A stretch of DNA of 64,000 bases from a virus. Location of the stretch: IMG/VR virus record IMGVR_UViG_3300028840_005911, positions 128,447 to 192,446 of that record. One strand, given 5' to 3'. Below, one piece after another: positions 57,257 to 64,000 of the stretch; position 1 is the first letter of the stretch; each line of letters opens with the position of its first letter. Below the pieces are notes generated by a model. It made no database searches. It was not told where the DNA came from and was given only the letters and a program-made list of their open reading frames with translations. The translations under genes were made by a program, and so were the position numbers.

Positions 57257-59302
57257 GTGGCCCAACGATTCATGCTGGACCTGCCGAAACCACAGTACGC
57301 AGAGACAGACAAGGAAGCACTGCAGCTTCTCAAAAGATGCTTGAAGCTGACGAAGACTCAGCCCAATGACCCCTTCGGGTTTGACACCGAGACTCACGCC
57401 AAGAAGCTGCCGTTCAAAGTTGGGGCACGTTTCCCAATCGACCACATCACAGACACCATCACCTTCTGGTCCATAGCGTTCAAGGTCGGAAGCATCGAGG
57501 AAAGGTGGTGTCTTCAGCAGAAACACTTCGTGATGTTCTCCCCACTCCTGGAAAACCCAGAGACCACCCTGGCCATCTGGAATGCGAAGTTTGATACTCA
57601 CATATCATGGAACAGCGGGTTGAACATCCTGAACTGCAAGGTCATCGATGTACTCATCATGGCCAACTATTACGACGAAAACTATCAGGGTCGTCTCGGA
57701 TTGAAGGAATCCGCCAAACGTTGGCTGGGCCTTCAAATGGTAACCTTCAAGGATCTCTTCAAAGGCGTCGTCGGACCTGACGGCAAACCTGTGAAGGAAT
57801 ACGAGACGCCCCTGTTCGACCTACCTCTCGACCGGGTCGTAGACTACGCATCGGATGACGCTTATGCACACCTGATGCTCTACTACTTCCTTCGGGACGA
57901 GCTAGAAAGGATACCCCTGAACCCCGACCTTCCTCACGACAGAACCTTGTGGGATCTGTTCCAAGAGGTAGAGATCGATATGACCGAAACCTTGTGGAAG
58001 ATGGAGCGCCGGGGCATGCCTGCCGACAGGGAGCACATCGAGACCATCATCCCGAAGTTGGAAAAGGAGATCCTCAAGGTCGAGACCGACATCAACAGGG
58101 AGGCCGGGAAGCCGACAAACATCAACTCTCCGAAACAGTTGCAGGCCCTGTTCTTCGGTCCCAAGAAAGAAGGCGGTATGGGTCTCGAGCCTCTCAAAAG
58201 GAGCAAGAAGACAGAGGCCCCGTCCTGTGATGAGGAGGTCTTGGATAAGCTGGCAACCAACCACGGCATAGAAGTAGCCAGGATGATCATCCGAGCTCGG
58301 AAGCTCAAGAAGGTTCAGGGAACCTATGCAAACCCGCTGCTAAACATGGTCGACTACTTCCCAGACGGGAGGATTCATCCATCGTTCAATCAGTACGGGG
58401 CCAGGACAGGACGTTTCTCAACGACTGGTCCAAACTCGCAAAATTTCCCCCGGCCCGACACGGACGAGTGGAAGATTCGAGATATCTTCGTAGCCGGTCC
58501 AGGGAAGGTGTTGATAGTCATCGACTATGGACAGCTCGAGATGAGGATCACCGCCGACAGAACCAAGGACAAGAACATGCTGCAGGCCATCCTGAAAGGC
58601 GAAGACCTGCACTGTAGGACCGTAGCCTTGGCATGGCCCGGTGTCGAGTATGAGGATGTGGTGGCTGCCAAGAAAGCAGAGGACCCAACGGATGACCAGA
58701 AGGAGCTAAAGGCTCTTCGTCAGCGCGCCAAGACAACGGGGTTCGGTATCATCTACGGCATCGGACCCCCGGGCCTCAGCAAGCAGCTTGGCATCCCATT
58801 CGAGGAGGCCAAGGATCTCATCAACCTGTACCTCAAGAAGGCATACCCGGGCGTCAATGATTACATCAAGTACGTACATGCCCTCTGTGCGGAGAACAGG
58901 GCCCCAGACGTGCTGGTAGACCCGGAGAGGCAGAAAAGGTTCGTGACGACCATCCTCGGGCGTCGTAGGCGCCTTCCTGACATCGTCCACCACAACCGCG
59001 ACTTCCGTGGAGCGGCCGAACGTGAGTCATTCAATGCCATCGTTCAAGGCTCGGCGTCTGACATCACCAAGTGCGCCATGCTCAGGATTGACTACAGCCC
59101 GCTCCTGATTGACCGGAACGTCCAGATTCTGAACCAGATCCACGACGAGATTGTCATGGAAGTCCCAGAGGAGCACGCTGAAGAGGTGCTCCCGGTCATC
59201 GAGCACATGATGATCAACCCCTTCGGAGATGGTGAGGAGGTCTTGGAGGTTCCGCTTACGGTGGACGCCAAGATCGTTGACAGGTGGTCGGAGGCCAAGT
59301 AG
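57257..59302 (+). CDS. polA: family A DNA polymerase (3'-5' exonuclease and polymerase; no 5'-3' exonuclease)
   Basis: FDTET, WNAKFD, YASDDA; RTGRFS, motif A DYGQLEMR, motif B RQRAKTTGFGIIYG, motif C QIHDEIV. Confidence 0.95.
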   Translation: MAQRFMLDLPKPQYAETDKEALQLLKRCLKLTKTQPNDPFGFDTETHAKKLPFKVGARFPIDHITDTITFWSIAFKVGSIEERWCLQQKHFVMFSPLLENPETTLAIWNAKFDTHISWNSGLNILNCKVIDVLIMANYYDENYQGRLGLKESAKRWLGLQMVTFKDLFKGVVGPDGKPVKEYETPLFDLPLDRVVDYASDDAYAHLMLYYFLRDELERIPLNPDLPHDRTLWDLFQEVEIDMTETLWKMERRGMPADREHIETIIPKLEKEILKVETDINREAGKPTNINSPKQLQALFFGPKKEGGMGLEPLKRSKKTEAPSCDEEVLDKLATNHGIEVARMIIRARKLKKVQGTYANPLLNMVDYFPDGRIHPSFNQYGARTGRFSTTGPNSQNFPRPDTDEWKIRDIFVAGPGKVLIVIDYGQLEMRITADRTKDKNMLQAILKGEDLHCRTVALAWPGVEYEDVVAAKKAEDPTDDQKELKALRQRAKTTGFGIIYGIGPPGLSKQLGIPFEEAKDLINLYLKKAYPGVNDYIKYVHALCAENRAPDVLVDPERQKRFVTTILGRRRRLPDIVHHNRDFRGAAERESFNAIVQGSASDITKCAMLRIDYSPLLIDRNVQILNQIHDEIVMEVPEEHAEEVLPVIEHMMINPFGDGEEVLEVPLTVDAKIVDRWSEAK

Positions 59303-59325
59303 GTTAATCGAAACCGGGACGTTGT

Positions 59326-59763
59326 ATGAATCTCAATGAAGTAGCCAAAATTGTCTCTTTCAGAACCGGGATGGACCGCGACGTCCTTACCAGCCTTCTC
59401 CCCGAGATAGTCGATGTCATCGTGACCGCCCTCCAAGCTGGTCACGAGGTAAAGATACGTAGGCTCGGGACATTCACGTGGAAGCTCAACAAACCCACCA
59501 GGAGAAGGCACCCGACTACCAAAGAGCTCGTCAACATACCGGGAGGCTACACCATCAAGTTCCTCCCATCTCAAACCCTTAGTCAGAGGAGAATACCCAT
59601 GAGTGATGAAGGCATGACCAAGTACGGCGTGGTCCAGGACGATAAGGTGAAAGAGGCCTCAGAGAACAAGGACCCCGACTCCTGCTACATCTGTGGAGAG
59701 AAGCTGGACGATGGCGGGGCCTGCCCGAAATGCGGCACCGAGCCCTTTGAAAAGAAGGAGTGA
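59326..59763 (+). CDS. HU/IHF-like protein in frame with a small Zn-ribbon protein
   Basis: GHEVKIRRLGTF..RRRHPTT..IKFLPS; then GAGGAG and ATG 59599, MSDEGMTKYGV..CYICG..CPKCG. Confidence 0.8.
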   Translation: MNLNEVAKIVSFRTGMDRDVLTSLLPEIVDVIVTALQAGHEVKIRRLGTFTWKLNKPTRRRHPTTKELVNIPGGYTIKFLPSQTLSQRRIPMSDEGMTKYGVVQDDKVKEASENKDPDSCYICGEKLDDGGACPKCGTEPFEKKE

Positions 59764-61067
59764 GTATGGCAGCAAAGAAGACCCCCGCAAAGAAATCCAC
59801 ACCAAAGAAAGCTGCCGCTAAGAAAGCGGGACCATCCCCAAAGAAGTCCACCGCCCAGACCAGGGCGGAACAGTGGGTCAGCAAGATCAACAAGAGTCAG
59901 AAGTTCAAGGGCAAGGCCCAGGTGCGAATGGCCAGCGAAGTGCGTACACCGTACCATCTGCGTCGTCCAACAGGGGTGTTGGGTCTGGACATTGCTCTTG
60001 GTGGTGGGTTCCACGCCGGCGGAGGAGTACAGATCTACGGCTCAGAGTCTGTCGGAAAGACCTACCTGGCCTTCAAGACCATCGCCGAGCACCAGAGGAT
60101 CTACGGTGAGGACGCTACAGCCCTCATCTTTGGCACCGAGATACGGACGGACAAGGGGTTCGCCAGGAAGGCTGGGGTGTGCGTTGGGTATTCTGACTAC
60201 GAGATATCCGAGTTCGAGGAGATCCGTGTGCGTGACGGCCTACCGAAGTTCACAAAGGATGAAGTGGCCGATCTCAAGAAGAACATCGGCACCATCGTCT
60301 TCCAGGCTGCGGAGACCGCAGACGTCGGGTTCGATGTCATCGTTGATGCCCTTCGCGAGGACGTGTTCAATATCGTCCTCATTGAATCTCTCGGTGCTCT
60401 CATCACCGAGGCTATGGGTGAGAAAGACGTAGGAGCAAAGCATGTGGGAGGTTCAGCTGGCGTCATCACGATGTTCCAGAATAAGATCTACCCGCTCTTC
60501 ATGTTGGATAGAGATGAAGAGGGTTCCATTCTCGAGACGACCATCATTGGCATCAACCAGGCAAGGGCTGAGATGGATCGTCCCTCTCCGAGGTCTCCCA
60601 AGATTCACGAGGCTGCAGGAGCCTTTGCTTGGAAGCATGGTCAGCTTGCCAACATCGAGCTCAGGAAGGGTGTCCCCATCAGAGAGAAAGCGGGCGAGCC
60701 TCCAATAGGGCGGGTGGTCAACTGGAAGATCGCCAAAGGCAAGGCAGGGACTCACGATGGTCTCGCCGGTGAGTACGACTACTACCACGTTCCTCGTGGA
60801 GATCCAGTCTTCTGGAAGGATGTCGAGGAGATCTACATGGGCGGAGTGGATTCTGTGACGGATGCCTACAACGCAGCCAAGAAGCTGGGTGTCATACAGG
60901 CGGCCGGCGCATGGCTGACCTGGGAAGACTTGGAAGGCAACACCGTCATCAGGGCGAACGGCAAGGCCAAGTTCGTCGAAGAGCTCGCCCAGAACACCGA
61001 AGAGTATGTTGGACTACTGCGGCAGCAGTGTCTCAAGAAGAGTGGGCTTCTGGTGAGATGGAGATGA
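59760..61067 (+). CDS. recA: RecA-like recombinase with Lys/Ala/Pro-rich N-terminal tail
   Basis: PTGVLGLDIALGGG, YGSESVGKT, LIESLGAL, IGINQAR, GAFAWKH. Confidence 0.9.
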   Translation: MSMAAKKTPAKKSTPKKAAAKKAGPSPKKSTAQTRAEQWVSKINKSQKFKGKAQVRMASEVRTPYHLRRPTGVLGLDIALGGGFHAGGGVQIYGSESVGKTYLAFKTIAEHQRIYGEDATALIFGTEIRTDKGFARKAGVCVGYSDYEISEFEEIRVRDGLPKFTKDEVADLKKNIGTIVFQAAETADVGFDVIVDALREDVFNIVLIESLGALITEAMGEKDVGAKHVGGSAGVITMFQNKIYPLFMLDRDEEGSILETTIIGINQARAEMDRPSPRSPKIHEAAGAFAWKHGQLANIELRKGVPIREKAGEPPIGRVVNWKIAKGKAGTHDGLAGEYDYYHVPRGDPVFWKDVEEIYMGGVDSVTDAYNAAKKLGVIQAAGAWLTWEDLEGNTVIRANGKAKFVEELAQNTEEYVGLLRQQCLKKSGLLVRWR

Positions 61068-61513
61068 ACAAAGTAGACTGCGTATGTTCCGACTGTGGTC
61101 GCGGGTACAAGATGCTGTCCATGTTCGTGGACAACGGTACCGCTACCTGCGTCCGCTGTGGAAGTTCTGTGGTCAGGAAGCCGAAGTCCGGGAATAGAGG
61201 TAGTGCCATCCAAAAGAGGAGCAAGGCTCAGGAGAAGGGGGCGTCAAAGAGGTATGACATGGAGATTCAACCGGCCTCCGGCTCCATGGAGCATGCCAAA
61301 GGTGACCTACGGAGAAGGGGCGGTAGGCGTGGAGAATGTAAGTACACCGCCGCCAAGTCCTTCACCCTGAAGAAGTCTGTACTCGAGAAGATAGAGGAGG
61401 AGGCCCTCGGGGACGAGATCCCCTTTCTGGAGATAGAGTTCCAGGACTTCCACCCCTACAGGAGATATGTCGTCCTTCCGGACTGGGCGTTCAAGGAGCT
61501 GATTGAGAGGTAA
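61064..61513 (+). CDS. Hjc-like PD-(D/E)XK Holliday junction resolvase with N-terminal Zn ribbon
   Basis: QEK..PASGS..KGD..ECKYT.AKSFTL; ATGA overlap with the recA stop. Confidence 0.7.
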   Translation: MNKVDCVCSDCGRGYKMLSMFVDNGTATCVRCGSSVVRKPKSGNRGSAIQKRSKAQEKGASKRYDMEIQPASGSMEHAKGDLRRRGGRRGECKYTAAKSFTLKKSVLEKIEEEALGDEIPFLEIEFQDFHPYRRYVVLPDWAFKELIER

Positions 61514-61515
61514 CA

Positions 61516-62346
61516 ATGACAATAATGACCCTGGAAGAATACAGGAACGCCAGCAAGAAAGAGATCAGGGAGTGCTTCAAGGAGGTGACCGTCAAAGGTG
61601 AGGTTGATGAGTACCTGAGATGGTGCTCTACCAACGGCATGGTCACTGAGATACCGGTGACGCTGAAGACAGGTACTTCTCGGAGTCTCGGTATTCACCC
61701 GTCGTCCGCATGTAAGGTAGGGGTCTGCCAGTACCAGCTCTACCTCGAGTGTACTGGGGAAATCGAGAAGAAAAGCTCTATCGAACCGCAACTTCAGTGG
61801 ACGTTCGATATCGGGACTCTGATTCACTTCGCCTTGCAGGCCCACCTGCACAACATGTACGGGGATCAATTCAATGACGAGATCCCCCTGAAGAAGCCCG
61901 AGCTCCTCATCAAGGGGACAACAGACGGCATGTTCACTTTCCCCTCTACCAGGTTCGTTCTGGAGATCAAGTCCATCAAGGAGGGAGGCAACTACGGCTT
62001 CAGCAGGGTACAGGCGAAACCACTGGAAGACAACCTTCGCCAAGCACACATCTACATGTTCTGCGCAGACGTCCCGTTCGCCCTCCTGTACTACGTGTGC
62101 AAGAACACAGGGGAGTCAAAGGAGCACGCTGTAGCGTTCGATGAGAAGATCTGGGAAGACATACTGGAGACCATTCAACCAGTCGTAGATTCTGTGAAGT
62201 CCAAGGAACTGCAGTTCGACCCCAAGCCGGGTGGAGCCTGTTACCGATGCGATTTCCTCCACGGCTGTGAGCACGGACGGAGGTACATGAAAAATGCCAG
62301 CTCCGCAAAAACAAAGAAATCCCAGCGGAAGATTAGCAGGTTTTGA
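61516..62346 (+). CDS. Cas4/RecB-like PD-(D/E)XK exonuclease
   Basis: IHPSS..C, GTLIH, GTTDG, LEIKS, QAHIYM, terminal CYRCDF..GC. Confidence 0.8.
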   Translation: MTIMTLEEYRNASKKEIRECFKEVTVKGEVDEYLRWCSTNGMVTEIPVTLKTGTSRSLGIHPSSACKVGVCQYQLYLECTGEIEKKSSIEPQLQWTFDIGTLIHFALQAHLHNMYGDQFNDEIPLKKPELLIKGTTDGMFTFPSTRFVLEIKSIKEGGNYGFSRVQAKPLEDNLRQAHIYMFCADVPFALLYYVCKNTGESKEHAVAFDEKIWEDILETIQPVVDSVKSKELQFDPKPGGACYRCDFLHGCEHGRRYMKNASSAKTKKSQRKISRF

Positions 62347-63043
62347 GGCCGACGAAGAAGAGGCCGACTCGTACTACAGCTTCGCAGACAGGGTTCTCGA
62401 CAGGCTGACCGACAGGGGTGTTGTGGTCCGTCAGAGACCCAAGATAATGAAGGACCATGAGAGCATCTTTGATGGTCTCGAGGCTGGTGAGTTCTTCGAT
62501 GGACGATTACCGGCGGTCATCAGCAAGCTGGACCTCAACAAGCTGTCCGCGCTCTATTCCCTGTTCTCGAACTGGTACGCCTACATCCAGTACCAGACGC
62601 ACATCATCGCAGCGGAGAGGTCCGAGGCGAAGCACAAGAAGGAGTTCACATGGTCAATGGTGCGGACTATGTACCGCATCGACCCGGAAACGGAGAAGAA
62701 GAGGACCGACCAGATCATCAGCGACATGGCCAGGAACGACATCAGGTTCATTCAGGCCAACGCCAGGTACGAAGAGCTGAACGCCCTATATGCCTGCATG
62801 ACTGCAATGGTCGAGGTTGCGAAGGCCGACATGGCGGTCATCAGCCGCGAAGTCACCATCCAGCAGATGGCCTATGAGAGGAAGGTGGGTGCCTCCAAAA
62901 CGTACGGTAGGATGGGCAACGTCGAAGAGCCGTCTGTGAAGGACAGGTTCCCGAGAATGAGGAATGGCAATGCCGAAGATGAGGATAAAGAGGTCCCGAA
63001 AAAGGCCTCGTCAGGAAGAAAGAGGTTCATCAGGAGAGGTTAG
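62294..63043 (+). CDS. helical coiled-coil protein, possible recombination mediator
   Basis: Long helical region; position in the recombination cluster; function inferred only. Confidence 0.5.
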   Translation: MPAPQKQRNPSGRLAGFEADEEEADSYYSFADRVLDRLTDRGVVVRQRPKIMKDHESIFDGLEAGEFFDGRLPAVISKLDLNKLSALYSLFSNWYAYIQYQTHIIAAERSEAKHKKEFTWSMVRTMYRIDPETEKKRTDQIISDMARNDIRFIQANARYEELNALYACMTAMVEVAKADMAVISREVTIQQMAYERKVGASKTYGRMGNVEEPSVKDRFPRMRNGNAEDEDKEVPKKASSGRKRFIRRG

Positions 63044-63497
63044 TTTCTTCCTCCCGATGCCCCCTTCCATAAACGCCCTCTACACGAGGACCAGGAACGG
63101 TATGGTCGTGGTTACCGGTGAAGGTAGAGCCTTCGAAAGGGAGGTGAAGAAGATCGTCGCCAGGCAGATACACGTCCTCGGGGACTTCAATGACGAGGAC
63201 GTGTACGGCATAGACATCACCCTGTTCTTCGAAGCGCTGACCAACAAAGGCTGGTTCGAGTTCTTCAAGAGGGGTCCAAAGAAGGGACAGAGAAAGTCCA
63301 ACTCCAAGTGGAAGAGGGTGGATGTGGACAACAGGATCAAGTTCCTTCAGGACTGTGTCGCGTCCGCCGTCGGGATGAAGGACGACTCTCAGATATTCGA
63401 GGGCCATCAACGGAAGAAGGAAGGCAAGACCGGGGCCTACGTCAGGGTGTACAAGGTGAGCCAGAAAGACTTTCTCGGAGGCGAAGATGATAGCTGA
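62964..63497 (+). CDS. RusA-like endodeoxyribonuclease
   Basis: LPMPPSINALY, DVDNRIKFLQD, DDSQI. Confidence 0.8.
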   Translation: MAMPKMRIKRSRKRPRQEERGSSGEVSFFLPMPPSINALYTRTRNGMVVVTGEGRAFEREVKKIVARQIHVLGDFNDEDVYGIDITLFFEALTNKGWFEFFKRGPKKGQRKSNSKWKRVDVDNRIKFLQDCVASAVGMKDDSQIFEGHQRKKEGKTGAYVRVYKVSQKDFLGGEDDS

Positions 63498-63792
63498 TTG
63501 GGACGAGGTGATGAACCACACCGAGCTCGTGGAGCTTGCCAAGTTCAACGACATCCCCGGTGCTTCTAAGGCGGCCAGCCGGGAAGAGCTCATCGAAGCC
63601 ATCCGCGAGATAAAACCTGTGGAGGTTGAGAACCCCATAGACGGTATCCGCCATAGGATGTCGAAATGGCTCAAGAGGTACTGGGATGTCTTCCGGTCCC
63701 AAGTTACTCACGAGGAATGTCCAGAGTGTCACAGATGCTGCGACCTCCGGGTAATAGATTGCTATCTCAGCAACGAGGACCAAATACGGTGA
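63487..63792 (+). CDS. protein with HeH-like motif and C-terminal Cys cluster
   Basis: NHTELVELAK..SREELIEAI; CPECHRCC..C. Confidence 0.6.
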   Translation: MIADWDEVMNHTELVELAKFNDIPGASKAASREELIEAIREIKPVEVENPIDGIRHRMSKWLKRYWDVFRSQVTHEECPECHRCCDLRVIDCYLSNEDQIR

Positions 63793-64000
63793 GCACAACA
63801 TGTCTAACCTGCAGGCACCTAAACGGGTGCGAGATCCTCCGGGACAGCAAAGGCATCTTCATACTCGAGAGGATCATCACTGAGGACTCCGACAGGAACT
63901 GTAGTGACTACATACCGGTCGGGGAAAGGGAGACAGCAGTAAGGAGTGTACTGGCCAATAAATTCGGAATAGGAGCGCTACGAGGAATCAACAAACTACA
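63789..64000 (+). CDS. partial hypothetical protein (runs off the window)
   Basis: GTGA overlap; open frame VSTTCLTCRHLNGC... to the window end. Confidence 0.5.
   Translation, partial: MSTTCLTCRHLNGCEILRDSKGIFILERIITEDSDRNCSDYIPVGERETAVRSVLANKFGIGALRGINKL

Noticed and set aside
61516-62346. Cas4-like gene as a sign of a CRISPR system
   Set aside because: No repeats, spacers or other cas genes; solo Cas4-like nucleases are common in phage recombination clusters.
1-64000. Alternative genetic code or stop-codon recoding
   Set aside because: Core genes are full length under the standard code and end at TAA, TAG or TGA.

Overview
This is a 64-kb segment of a large myovirus-like tailed phage genome. 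A mostly minus-strand virion module (about 2.7-48.6 kb) encodes tail tube, tail sheath, neck/adaptor proteins, major capsid protein, scaffold-like proteins, prohead protease, large terminase, baseplate spike-like protein and portal. It also contains a single-chain beta/beta' RNA polymerase (2063 aa) and a LigD-type phosphoesterase-ligase. A plus-strand replication/recombination module (48.7-64 kb) encodes an XRE regulator, SF2 helicase, UDG, DnaB-like helicase, primase, SSB-like protein, family A polymerase, HU, RecA, two resolvase-like nucleases and a PD-(D/E)XK exonuclease. Elements not shown by the ORF track: (1) a 257-nt ORF-less group I intron splitting the tail tube gene, next to a free-standing HNH gene; (2) a second HNH gene whose RBS and start lie in a hairpin directly behind a TATAAG motif; (3) a LAGLIDADG intein in the portal. 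The most striking pattern is a recurring (F/I)xxEL(E/T)KIA leader and dense K-x-A motifs in head-associated proteins. These motifs delimit swappable modules (HiPIP-like, pyrophosphatase-like, DUF5661-like, Zn ribbon, glycine zippers) and also mark the ligase and the RNAP, suggesting a virion packaging and proteolytic maturation code. All family names come from motif recognition by eye; no database search was run. No tRNA, rRNA or CRISPR array was seen.
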